Source: Eledone cirrhosa (lineage: Eukaryota). From it: DNA of 64,000 bases. Made by a program: the position numbers and the translations under genes. The stretch is from contig OZ024751.1 of NCBI GenBank assembly GCA_964016885.1, forward strand, positions 3,968,001-4,032,000, given 5' to 3'. This document shows positions 12,303 through 25,234 of the stretch, piece by piece. How positions within the stretch are numbered: the first letter of the stretch is position 1; the number at the start of each line of letters is the position of its first letter. Below the pieces are notes generated by a model. That model made no database searches. It was not told the origin of the DNA and saw only the letters and a program-made list of their open reading frames with translations.

Positions 12303-13560
12303 TCAATAATTTAAAAGGATTTAGTAATATAAATTTCTCATTAAGCTAGTGTTTGGAATATAACTTAACAATACAGACAAACTTTATTTCCTTCAGCCCT
12401 TTATGTTCTGGGTTTACCTGTGGTGTCACTCAGAGCCTTGAAGAGAAATTTTGCAAGGCGGTACAAGACCGCTTTGGGGCCTGAAGCAGGCAAAGATGAT
12501 GCATGGTTGCTGTGGGGCCTTCTTAACTCTTCAGCCCTTGGACAAAGTACTGGCTCTCATAGGCCCTGATGACACTGGTGGCTTGCTGTGTCTCCTGCAG
12601 CCCTTACAGTTCTAGGTTTACCTGTGGTCACATCAGTGTCTCGCTGTATTTCCTTCCTAAGTCATTACTGAAGTAGAGCTACTGACCTCCCAGACAAGCT
12701 GAAGGGTCTGCATCCTACTTACAGTCATGTCAAGTACAAAAGAGAAGTTGTCATGTTTTTTGACACAAACTAAAGGATCCTCCTAACCCCTTATTTGGCA
12801 GGCTTTCTACAGCTGGATGCCCTTCCTAACACCAACCACTTTACATATATATATATATATTACAATGTAATAAAATGTAGTTTGCTTAAAGCATTGTATA
12901 TAATATATAATGTGGAAAGTGATATAAGGCTAAACAATGCAAAATGGACGATAAAATGAAGGTAACGAAAAAGTAAATCACCTGGTAATCTTTGTATTTT
13001 TTGTTGTTGTTTCTTTCATCCTAATATTTCGGGACTTAAAATTCCTTTGTTTTTGTATGTATTTGTGTGTACTTGTGTGTACTTGATGAACCAGCAGCAG
13101 ATTACTTGGGCATGTGGCCTCCTTAGACAGTGGAGGACCCTCTTGTGGGTTACATATAAACAACAATGTGTTTTTTTGTGTTCTTGATGAACCAAATGTA
13201 GCTTCTTCTAGTACAGGAGCACCTTAGTAAATAGGGGCCCAAATGGAAGCAATTGGTCCAATCAGCTTAAGCCTGCCCTGAGTAGTATATCACCGAGCAC
13301 ATAGTGGGGTCCCTGTCCTCCACCCACTAACCCCACCATCCTTATCTTGTGTTAATCCAGCACTGGTTAGCATGAGATATACAAACAAAATTACAAATAA
13401 ATGTTGTAGATTTAGGAAGCTGGTGGGTGGGGAGTTTTGGGTAGAAAGACAAATAGTACATATAATGAAAACACATACATACACACACATGATCACCCAC
13501 ACAGAGAGATACATATATACACATGATCAATCACATATACATGTACACACATACATACAC

Positions 13561-13860
<300 letters not shown>

Positions 13861-14171
13861 TGGTATAATGTATCCAATAGATATATTGTATGTCAAAGGT
13901 GAAGTCAACCAGATTCATTTCCTGTCAGACACACACATCTGCATATGCATGAACACCCACACATACACATATACATGAACACCCACACACATATGCACAT
14001 ACATGAACATCCCAACACACATACACACACTTGTACACATACATACACACACATATACATAATTGAGCCAACATAAGTAATCCTATGATTGCCACAAAGT
14101 TTAACCATCACACCACTGCTCTCACCTACATTTAGTAAAACTATCATATATCTGTGTGTATATATATATAT

Positions 14172-14700
14172 ATCATCATCATCATCATTGTTTAACATCT
14201 ATCTTCCTTGCTAGCATGAGTTAGACAGGAATTGTCCCACTTGAAGCAAGATTGATCGGGTGACCGTGTCTCGCTTGTATAGGACTGTATTTGGCAGGTT
14301 TTCTACGGCTGGATGCCCTTCCTAACACCAACCACATTTACAGTATGGACTGGGAACCTTTTTACCTTGTCTCCTACACAATCACTTTACAGCGTGGACT
14401 GGGTGCTTTTTGTCGTGATACCTACACAATGACTTTAGTGTGGACTCGATGTTCTGTGGTACCAACATATCTTTACAGAGAAAGAGTGGTGTGGGTGGAA
14501 GTGGGAGGATGGAGTAGGGGTAGTGGGTTGGGATGTATATTTGGTTAAGAAGTGCCTACTGTTCGTATACAAGCATTATACAATCTGCCTTTCATTTTTA
14601 GAGACAAACCTTTTGTGGCCAACAGTGGTATTAGCTCTCTGAACTTTTTCCATCCCGTTCTAACTCTGGCTACTGTACTTTCATAGCACCGTCCTCCACT
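14172..14700 (-). mobile_element. RTE deletion derivative (post-RT fragment joined to 3' UTR, (ATG)n tail)
   Basis: 14560-14700 resembles the reverse complement of 17365-17500; ggctggatgcccttcctaacacc tail motif. Confidence 0.7.
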
Positions 14701-14982
14701 ATATCTAATATATATATAATATATATATAATATATAAATTATATATATATATATATAATATATAAATTATATATATATATATATATAATAAAAGTATGTG
14801 TTCCTACATGTAATTAATACACACAGGGGCACAATTATAGTCCGACCATATGCTAGTGTGGTTCAATGGCAAGTTAATAAATTAACAAGCCAGAACATAT
14901 AAAATCAAGGGAGTGTAAATACAGAAAAAATCCTAAAAAATAATAAATAAATTCTAAAAAATTCACTGTACTTACTATATGT

Positions 14983-15063
14983 GCCCTTACCGCGGTTTCA
15001 GATCCCAAACGAATAGATAATCCAAGCGGATTTCCATTGAGAAAAAGATCATCATCAGAAGGC
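14983..15063 (-). ncRNA. Type I hammerhead motif with CCGCGG stem III
   Basis: gcctt-CTGATGA-tgatc..gatct-GAAA-CCGCGG-TA-agggc; U-U at the base of stem II; lies inside the 14908-15266 inverted-repeat unit. Confidence 0.7.
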
Positions 15064-15317
15064 TTTTCTCTCTCGGAGAATATAAAATTCCCGAGTTAAA
15101 ATTACAAACTGGCGCCATACAAAACTGCCTCAGAATGAGAATAAATGAATGATGAAGAAGTTTTGTCATAGTACCGTGTGCAAGGACAAAGCAAGGTGGA
15201 CAGGTCAATCCTGTACTGCTAAAATAGTATGTTATTTTTTAGGATTTTTTTGTATTTACACTCCCTGTAATATATATATATATGTATATATATATGTATA
15301 GATATATATATATATAT

Positions 15318-15380
<63 letters not shown>

Positions 15381-15383
<3 letters not shown>

Positions 15384-16200
15384 TCATCATCATCATCATC
15401 AGCAGCAGTTTTATGTCCACTCTTCCATGCTAGCATGGGTCAGACAGTTGTTCTGTTGTGAGCAATGCCAGGTCAAGTGACCATATTTTGCTCATACAGG
15501 AACTGATTTTGGCTTAATTTCTACAGGTGGATCCCCTTCCTAACATCAACCTCATTTACTATGGCGCGTACATGACTACTTTACAGCATGGACTGGGTGC
15601 TTTTTTGTTGTGATACCTCTAACAACCACTTTGCAGTGGGAGGGGGTGGAGGTATATTGTCTATATGCTTCAGCTTCGGCTTGTACCTGTGGGAAGTCGG
15701 GTCTCCTGTATTACTGCTTAACACCAGAGGGTTCGGTCCTGTGTCATCGCCGTCGAGAGGTGGAATTGGGCATGGTCAGCTTTTATCACCTCATTCTTGG
15801 GTCTCCCCACTCCAAGGTTTCCTTTGACTTTTAGTGCTCTGCACCTTTATATGCAACTGTCATCCTTCATACGCATCACATGGCCATACCAACGCATCCT
15901 CCTCTCCTGCACACAGCATTTGATTCCTCTTATGTTCAGTCTCTCTCTCAATTTGTTTATGCCTTGGCGTTCGCATATATTACACATCAATTGGAGCATG
16001 CAAGCTTCATTTCTTTCTAATCTACACAAGTCTTCTACACACAACGCCCTGGTCTCACTACCATGTAACATTGCTGTTTGTATGAACGCATCATACAGTC
16101 TGCCTTTCATTTTGAGGGAAAAACCTTTTGCAGCTAACAGTGGTATTAGCTTCCTGAAATTCTTCCACCCCATTCTTACCCTCGTTACTGTACTTTCAGA
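15381..16200 (-). mobile_element. RTE LINE, 5'-truncated
   Basis: ORF 15847-16221 KGRLYDAFIQTAMLHGSET..RWYGHVMRM; paralog of 17370-18153. Confidence 0.9.
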
Positions 16201-16245
16201 TGATCTTACACGTATACCCATTTACATTATACTGTACTTTCAGAT

Positions 16246-16413
16246 GATATTATGTGAAATAACTATATGAGGTAAAGTGTTTACCATGAAAATACAATAG
16301 AATATATAGAATAATGTAAATGGGTATACGTATACCCATTTACATTATTCTATATATTCTATTGTATTTTCATGGTAAACACTTTACCTCATATAGTTAT
16401 TTCACATAATATC
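16246..16413. repeat. Perfect spacerless 168-bp palindrome
   Basis: 84-bp arms centred on gtatac|gtatac at 16329/16330. Confidence 0.95.
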
Positions 16414-16479
16414 GAATCTATAAAATTTTGATATTATTTATTTTGAGAACAATATCTTAACATACGTATGAGTGGCTGG

Positions 16480-16548
16480 TTACAGCCAGTTTGAACAGAA
16501 AGAGGTTATTTAAACCGGATATGGCCAGTTTAAATGCTAAAGGGTTAA
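16480..16548. mobile_element. Probable piggyBac-type MITE terminus
   Basis: Ends ..tgctaaaggg-ttaa (TTAA-CCCTTT on the minus strand); partner end not seen. Confidence 0.4.
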
Positions 16549-18153
16549 GGACCAGGTAAAACTAGACGAAATGGAGTTTGGGTTTGTGCCAGGAAAAAGC
16601 ACACTGATGCCCTCTTCCTTGTGAGGCAGTTACAGGAATAGTACCTAGCTAAAAGTAAGCCGCTCTACCTGGCATTTGTCTATCTGGAAAAAGCCTTCGA
16701 CAGAGTGCCCCGTATTATAATCTGGTGGGCTCTTAGAAAACTAGGAGTAGATGAATGGCTTGTGAAAGCTGTACAAGCCATATATAGGGGAGCAGTCAGC
16801 AAAGTTAGGATTAGCAATGACTATAGGGAGGAATTTAGCGTACAGGTCGGTGTCCACCAGGGCTCTGTTCTTAGCCTGCTCCTGTTTATTATAGTTTTGC
16901 AGGCTATAACAGAGGAGTTTAAGACCGGATGCCCATGGGAACTCCTGTATGCAGATGACCTCGCACTTATAGCTGAATCTATGGTAGAACTAGAGAAGAA
17001 ATTCCAAACTTGAAAGCAGGGACTAGAGAGAAAAGGTCTCAGGGTCAACCTGACAAAGACTAAAGTCCTTGTAAGTAGACGAGAAAACAGAACCCAGATT
17101 CCCTCAGGGAAATGGCCTTGCTCAGCATGTAGGAAAGGTGTAGGTAGGAATTCCATTCTCTGCCCCAAATGCAAACAATGGGTACATAAGAGATGTAGCG
17201 GGATCTTAGGAAGCTTAATTAAGAATGTAGGCTTCACATGTAGCAGCTGTGCTGGGACAGCAAGCAGCAAACAGCCACAGGATACAAGTACCACCAAACT
17301 CTGGGAGGGTTCTGTAGAAACAGTAGACAGCTTCTGCTACCTAGGTGACCAAATTAGCAGCGAAAGTGGGTGTTCGGAAAGTACAATAACTAGGGTAAGA
17401 ATAGGATGGAAGAAGTTCAGAGAGTTACTGCCACTGCTAGCTGCAAAAGGCTTTTCCCTCAGAATGAAAGGCAGACTGTATGATGCGTGTATACGAACAG
17501 CAATGTTACATGGTAGTGAGACCTGGGCGCTGTCTGTGGAAGACTTGCGTAGATTAGAAAGAAACGAAGTCTGCATGCTCCGATGGATGTGTAATAGTAA
17601 TATACGCGAATGGCAAAGCATAAATGAATTGAGAGAGAGACTGAGTATAAGAGGAATCAAATGCTGTGTGCAGGAGAGGAGGTTGTGTTGGTATGGACAT
17701 GTGATGTGTATGAAGGATGACAGCTGCATAAAAAGGTGCAGAGCACTAGAAGTCGATGGAAACTGCGGAGTGGGGAGACCCAAGAAGACCTGGGATGAGG
17801 CGATAAAAGCCGACCTTACCCAATTACACTTCTCAAAGGCGATGGCACAGGACCGTGACCTCTGGCCTCACGCAGTAATGCAGAAGACCCGACCCCCACG
17901 GGTACAAGTCGAAGCTGGAGCATATGGACAATATGCAAAGTGGTCATGGAGGTGCCATGGCAAAAAAGCACCCAGCACTCATTGTAAATGAGGTTGGTGT
18001 TAGGAAGGGCATCCAGCTGTAGAAAAATCAAGCCAGAATCAGTTCCTCTATGAGCAAGGCAAGGTCAGCCGACTGGACACTGCTCACAACAGGACAACCC
18101 ATCTAACCCATGCTAGTGTGGAAGAACGGACGTAAAACGGTGATGATGATGAT
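16549..18153 (+). mobile_element. RTE LINE, 5'-truncated (RT, Cys-rich PHD-like insert, 3' UTR, (ATG)n tail)
   Basis: LEKAFDRVPR, GVHQGSVLS, LLYADDL; WPCSACRKGVGRNSILCPKCKQWVHKRCSG; nonsense codons. Confidence 0.92.
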
Positions 18154-18168
18154 GATATGTATATATAT

Positions 18169-18214
<46 letters not shown>

Positions 18215-18240
18215 GTATATATATACATATATATATATAC

Positions 18241-18305
<65 letters not shown>

Positions 18306-18311
18306 ATATAT

Positions 18312-18960
18312 AAGATCAAAAGATGGTTAAAAGAGTTCCATGTATTTTATTATGCGCATTTCAAAAACAAATATCATCATGCGATGACATTTGCGTTTTC
18401 GTCAGATAAAATAGGAAGGTTAAAAAACACTTGTAAATGGTGGAGTTTTAAATCAACATATGAAAAGTAGATTTAGATTGATGTGTGATATTGGGAAAAA
18501 AAAAATTGAGGGGGGGGGGGGTGAAAAAGAGGAGGAGATGAGAGTAAAGAATGGAGGGGGAGGAGTATAAGGAAGGATGAGATTAGGAGGAGAGATGGGT
18601 GATAGAGAGAGAGAGATAGCTTTTATAACTGAGAAAAATATATTGTTTTACAGAGAGAGGTTAAAAAACCGTTGGAAGATAATATATAAATTAAAAGAAT
18701 TTGAAAATTAACGAAGAGAAAAATTTTAGAATAATGTTAAATTAAGGTTTGTATATTGAAGGGTTTAATAATATGTGCGATGAAAAGAAATTGTTAATAT
18801 GTATTAAGAATAATGTTTAAGGGTTTAATAATATGTGCGATGGAAAGAAATTGTTGATATGTATTATTAAAAAAATATAAAAATATAACAATAGTAATGT
18901 AATTAAGGATATATTGTGAAAAGAAGTAGAAGAGTGGATGAATAAGTGTAATATGTATAC
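18312..18960 (-). mobile_element. Penelope 3' region/pLTR, second copy of the 3403 family
   Basis: Near-identical to 3403-3560, then a degenerate match to about 3960. Confidence 0.85.
18343..18413 (-). ncRNA. Type I hammerhead motif
   Basis: tattttat-CTGACGA-about 15-bp stem II (aaacgcaaatgtcatc/gatgatatttgttttt)-GAAA-TGCGCA-TA-ataaaata. Confidence 0.85.
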
Positions 18961-19042
18961 TCCAGTCCTACAAACTGTAGAGTGCTACTTATCCGATATC
19001 TGCATTGCTTTATTGTACTACAATAAAACTCACCTCCTACAT

Positions 19043-19179
<137 letters not shown>

Positions 19180-19221
19180 GTATATATATATATGTATATA
19201 TATATGTATATATATATGTAT

Positions 19222-19828
19222 GTAGGTCACCAGTTGGTGCTACTGGTAACATGTATCCCAGTACAACCTGTCTCATGGTCGGGTCGTTGGCGACTAAACT
19301 GGCAACCCCACCAAGGTTTCTTGGTGAGGAGGGTGACTTTGGACATCCTGCAGGACTAAAAACAAAACCTGTCAAAGGGAAAAGGAGCTCTTAAGAGTCA
19401 ATGGCCATCCAAAATCACCGGGAGAGATGACCCCTTAGCCTTTGTCAAGGCAGAATTCTAGGACAAGGAAAACTCTGATATAATACCTGCAACCCTGATG
19501 GTATCCAATGATGTTGACTTGTTCTTCTTTTTGGTAAATATCATCTTGGTTAAGAGAGTGGGACTGGCTTTGTGCAGTGCCTTTGCTCACTATAAAAGCT
19601 TCACGGCACAGGCATTGCTTTATATCTGGAGATCTCTCTGCACTTGTCGTCACATGGTACCATGGGCCCAGCACTGTGTCAATAATTGTCACAAGTGTAG
19701 TGTTTGTACCAGAGTTTTCAATACGCTGGCTGGACTAAAAAGTCACACTTGTTCAGGGCATCGGTAGGAGTTCTCCTACATGGATATAAAGTAGTGGCCG
19801 TACTCGAAAACGAGTTGGCAGCCACCAT
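19222..19828 (+). mobile_element. Bipartite non-autonomous RTE derivative (5' UTR-like part plus C-terminal C2H2 finger and 3' hairpin)
   Basis: CSVCTRVFNTLAGLKSH resembles the RTE/BovB C-terminal zinc finger; actcg-aaaa-cgagt hairpin; inserted in (TA)n. Confidence 0.65.
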
Positions 19829-19833
19829 ATATG

Positions 19834-19873
<40 letters not shown>

Positions 19874-19977
19874 TATATTTATTGTAGGGTTCTTATATAT
19901 TTAATATATATTTATCCTTATCGAGCCCTCTTTGGATTTTACTCTTTGCGTTTATTATTATTATTACTATATATATA

Positions 19978-20168
19978 AGGGCAGTGGATTGGCAGTATCG
20001 GTAGAGGGTCAGACGCCATGCTTTGCAGCACAGTTACATCCCTTTACGGACTGAGTTCAAATCCCGCCGAGGTTAACTTTGCCTTTCATCCTTACGGAGT
20101 CGATAAAATAAAGTACCAGTAATACACTGGGATAATTACTGGCCTTGTGCCAAAAAGTAGAAACAATT
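19978..20168 (+). mobile_element. S1 SINE, full length
   Basis: Same as 7415; flanked by ttattactatatatata on both sides (TSD-like). Confidence 0.85.
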
Positions 20169-20243
20169 ATTACTATATATATATAGGGTTTGATAAGGAT
20201 ATATAGGGTTTGATATATCAAATATATAAGAACCCTAGAGCAA

Positions 20244-20475
20244 ATATTTATTAAAATAACAGATTAAAGTTTAAGCAAAAAATCGCTGCTTTCACCCTTG
20301 ACGGGAACGTTTTCATGAACCAAAGTATCATCTTCCTGTTTTCCTTCGGTTGCAACGTTTTTCGAAATATTTACTTCTGCGTTCACAGATTGATTTTTTT
20401 AGTTTCAGAAGATCCTGTTAAGGGTGAAAGCAGCAATTCTTTGCTTAAACTTTAATCTATTATTTTAATAAATAT
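20244..20475 (+). mobile_element. Fold-back pLTR-like unit (about 63-bp inverted arms) with variant hammerhead at 20401-20451
   Basis: Arms 20244-20306 and 20413-20475; agttt-CAGAAGA-stem II-GAA-agca..tgct-T-aaact; second copy at 53175-53435. Confidence 0.65.
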
Positions 20476-20617
20476 ATATATATATATATGCAAAAGTTCT
20501 ATTTAAAATTGTTGGGATACAAGTAAATATTTTTATAACTGATATAAAGCACTCGACAAATTTTTGGAGTAGATATACGATATTAATAAATGGAAACTAT
20601 ATTTATAAAACCATATT

Positions 20618-20682
20618 TATTTCATTATACATATTTCAGGGATACCACATTAAATTATGGTATGCCTTCATCAGACAAAATA
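20618..20682 (-). ncRNA. Type I hammerhead motif (left arm of a perfect inverted repeat)
   Basis: tattttgt-CTGATGA-aggcatacca..tggtatccct-GAAA-TATGTA-TA-atgaaata. Confidence 0.8.
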
Positions 20683-20753
20683 CAATATATAACAAAAGTA
20701 ATGGCTGTATTTAAAGGGTACGTCAAACCTATTTGTAAAACTGTTATATATTG

Positions 20754-20818
20754 TATTTTGTCTGATGAAGGCATACCATAATTTAATGTGGTATCCCTGA
20801 AATATGTATAATGAAATA
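20754..20818 (+). ncRNA. Type I hammerhead motif (right arm of a perfect inverted repeat)
   Basis: Identical to 20618-20682 in the opposite orientation. Confidence 0.8.
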
Positions 20819-20854
20819 AATATGGTTTTATAAATATAGTTTCCATTTATTAAT

Positions 20855-20895
<41 letters not shown>

Positions 20896-20935
20896 TAGAA
20901 AAGGGAAGTGAGGTTCTATACAAAACAGTGGATAT

Positions 20936-22266
20936 AGAGAAAAGATGAAGTTGGAAATAGCACGGGAGATATATTTAAGGGTCTGTTTTTCTTTTTTGAT
21001 TCGTCAAAGTGATATCATTGAAAAGATAGTGTTATTAAAAAGATAATGTTATCAATAAAAGAGAGGGACAATTCTTTTTTAAAAATTTTTTTATGAAGTA
21101 TATAAAGTATATGAGAAAATTACCGGTTTCGATGTATTAAGATCCATCTTGTCAAATTCAATGAAAAAGGTTAATTAAAAAGAGTTGGTAGGAAGGAGTA
21201 AAGGAAGGTTTAAAAATAAAATCAAAATCGAATATTTGAGTAAAATTTCTTCCATCATGCTTCCTGAAAAGTTGGCTGGGAATGAGAACAAGTTGTTTTG
21301 TTGATGTTAAAAATATGCTGTGACTGTATTGTTTAATCTAGTGGTCAATAGTCCAAAAGAGGACAGGGGGTTGTAAGAGCTGAATACTGTGGTAGGTTGG
21401 TATGTGTATATACCCACACACACACATGTATAGAGAGGGTGTGAGGGTGTATATACAACAGTACACACATGTGAGTGTGTGCGTATATGTATGCATAAAT
21501 ATGTGTGTGTATATGTGTGGGGTTGTTGTGTGTGTGTGTGTTTTACAGTTTGTCTGTTAAAGTTACTTTTGTAAAGGGAACTAAGAAAAAATTCTTTTCT
21601 TTCCAAAATTCAGAAAATTGGCATAAGTTAAGAGCTGAAATCCAAAGGATTCCCAGAATCCAAAAATTAAAATATTAAAGAAGTTAAGAGAGTTAAGAAA
21701 ACTCTTCCAAAAACTTCAAAAATACTTTTCAAAAGAAACTTTTTAAAAAATCTTTCTCTCCAAAAAAATCATTCTTTAAAAGAAATTTTAAAAAGATCTT
21801 AAAAAATCTTTTTAAAATCGAGACACAGTGCGTGTATATATAAATGAATGAGTAAATAAATAAATATATACACTGAGAGAATTAACTATTGACCACTAGA
21901 TTAAACAGTACAGTCACAGTGTATTTTTCACATCAACAAAACAACTTGTTCTCATTCCCAGTCAACTTTTCAGGAAGAAATTTTACTCAAACATTCGATT
22001 TTGATTTTAATTTTAAACCTTCCTTTACTCCTACCAACTCTTTTTAATTAACTTTTTTCACTGAATTTGACAAGATGGATCTTAATACATCGAAACCGGT
22101 AATTTTCTCATATACTTTATAAAAATTTTTAAAAAAGAATTGTCCCGCTCTTTTATTAATAACATTATCTTTTTAATAACACTATCTTTCCAATAATGTC
22201 ACTTTGACGAATCAAAAAAGAAAAACAGACCCTTAAATATATCTCCTGTGCTATTTCCAACTTCAT

Positions 22267-22275
<9 letters not shown>
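20936..22275. repeat. About 400-bp imperfect inverted repeat with about 530-bp spacer; each arm has a degenerate hammerhead
   Basis: Arms 20936-21352 and 21885-22275; TTGACAA-gatg..catc-GAAA-CCGG-TA at 21117-21160 (-) and 22063-22105 (+). Confidence 0.85.
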
Positions 22276-22330
<55 letters not shown>

Positions 22331-22333
<3 letters not shown>

Positions 22334-22520
22334 TTCATTTCACGTTGCTCCAGTATACTCAGCTGAAAATGAGTACCAGCAATAGCTGGGGATTTAAACC
22401 GTGATGGACTGGCGTCCTGTCTATGGGAGTGTTTTGCACTCTCAGTCGCTTCACACAATGAAACCAGGATAAGCACCGGCTAAATGAGCCTTCTGGCTTA
22501 AGACAGACTTAAGACTTTTT
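22331..22520 (+). mobile_element. SINE 3' fragment (CORE/V-like)
   Basis: ctcagctgaaaatgagtacc and gtgatggactggcgtcctgtc; related minus copy at 25235-25517. Confidence 0.55.
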
Positions 22521-22632
22521 AGATATAAATATATTGCTAATTTTATGCCAATGTTTTTTACTTCCATTGTCACTGTTGTCTTCATAAAAACAGTGACTAT
22601 ATTTCCATTATTTATTTTCACAATAATTGATT

Positions 22633-23364
22633 ATGAATAATTTTGAACCTCCAAATTTGTGGAAGAGACACGGAGTTCTTCTTGGAATCCGCACCGGGAG
22701 GACAAATAAGACCAGGAGATCAACTCCCAGAACAACAGGTGGCTCGCTGTCTCATCCAAAGACGTGTCCAGAATCATGCAGACAAAGTTTCCAGCGACAA
22801 CATTGGTCTTAGGTGTCGTCAGCAGCCAAGGTGATGTCATGCCACCTCACTTCTTCCCTGAGGGCCTCAAGCTGAACACCGATGGCTACATTCGCGTTCT
22901 GAGTGAGGTAGTAAAGCCCTGGATCGACCAGGTAGCTGCAGGTAGGCCGTACATGTGGCAGCAAGACTCAGCGCCCTGCTATACCAGCCGAAAGACCCAA
23001 GCCTGGCTGTCAGAGAACTTCGTCGACCACACTTTACCTGACATCTGGCCTCCCAGCTCGCCTGACTGCAACCTCCTCGACTTCTTTGTGTGAGGCGCAG
23101 TGGAACAAGATACCAACAGATCTAGCTGCAATACGAAAGACGATCTGAAGGCTAGGATCACAGCTAAGTCGGGGGACAGTGACGTAGGCCTGTAGCCGGT
23201 TCCGAGGCCGTCATCAAAGCCAATGGTGGGTTTATCGAGTGAGATCGAAAGAACAAGTCATGAAGACAAACTGACCCAAGTTTGATAAATAAATCTTAAA
23301 AAATAAAACTACTCTGTTATTTTTTCCTAGACAGTAATCTTGCGAACAAATATCGTCTGCACCC

Positions 23365-23365
<1 letters not shown>
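22633..23365 (+). mobile_element. Internally deleted maT (DD37D) Tc1/mariner transposon
   Basis: QQDSAP..WPPSSPDCNLLD with 37 residues between the two Asp residues; ends ..ctgcaccct-TA. Confidence 0.85.
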
Positions 23366-23395
<30 letters not shown>

Positions 23396-23439
23396 TAAAT
23401 TTAATTATATAATACATAATAAACAACACAACACAACTA

Positions 23440-23509
23440 CTCCATCACCAAAGATTTCAGGAAACTAGACAATCCCCACAGAAACATCCAGCTCGCTCAT
23501 CAGATGAAA
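23440..23509 (-). ncRNA. Degenerate hammerhead motif (same family as 25800 and 44136)
   Basis: tttcat-CTGATGA-stem II-GAAA-tctttgg-TG-atggag; non-cleavable GUG triplet. Confidence 0.5.
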
Positions 23510-23610
23510 CAGCTACATTTTGGATGCAAGACTTGAAATTAATATCTATTAAAAATGAAAGTGAGGCTGGGCCAAAACAACACCCTATAACAGAAAATAA
23601 GTATATATAT

Positions 23611-23795
23611 ATATGAAAAAATTCAGGACTCCGACAGCTGAGCTCCGGCCATTTCAACAGCTAGATCTAGCTGTTGAAACGGCCAAAGCTTGCGCCATTG
23701 GAGTCCTGAATTTTTCATATTACCTACTCTACTACCCCAAGTATCAAGTACTCTGGTGAGTAACTGTCTAACTGGTTTTTACCGCCTCCAATCTG
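23611..23795. repeat. 110-bp imperfect palindrome plus tail, same family as 46107-46355
   Basis: Perfect 28-bp core 23652-23679; tail tacctactctactacc..gtactctggtg shared with 46279-46317. Confidence 0.8.
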
Positions 23796-23967
23796 ATATA
23801 TATATATATAAATAATTCAAATTTAAAAGCTATATTTAGAGAGAGAGAAAGAGTCTTATATCATTTGAGACACGTACAATATTTTGTACATATATACTTT
23901 ACTAATAATAGTCAGGAAAAATATAAATACTAAGGTGGAAAAAGCTAATATATATGTGTGTGTGTGT

Positions 23968-24935
<968 letters not shown>

Positions 24936-24949
24936 AACAAGACAATACT

Positions 24950-25212
24950 CCATCAGAGACAGTCACATAAATGATGTGATGGTGTTCCAAGCCATCAGAG
25001 ACAGACACATAAGTGACATGATGGTGTTCTAAACCATCAAGTCATCAGAGACAGACACATGACATGATAATGTTCCAAGCCATCAGAGACAGCCACACAA
25101 ATTAAGTGGTGTTCCAACCATCAGACTCGTCAGAGACAGACACATAAGTGGCATGATGGTGTTCCAACCCATCAGACTCATCGGAGATAGACACATAAGT
25201 GGCATGATGGTG
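24950..25212. repeat. About 42-51-bp minisatellite (catcagagacagacacataagtgacatgatggtgttccaagc)
   Basis: About 6 tandem degenerate units. Confidence 0.85.
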
Positions 25213-25234
25213 TATAGTTAGTTAGTTAAAAGTT

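Noticed and set aside
13110-13290. hAT-type MITE end (ttaagcctgccctg)
   Set aside because: No matching opposite terminus or TSD found
19222-19345. Twister or HDV-like ribozyme in the RTE-derived leader (GAGGAGGGT, ggtcacc/ggtgact pairing)
   Set aside because: I could not assemble the required pseudoknots by eye; only simple hairpins are supported
24950-25212. CRISPR-like repeated unit (also 8124-8270)
   Set aside because: Head-to-tail degenerate units without unique spacers, eukaryotic context and no cas genes
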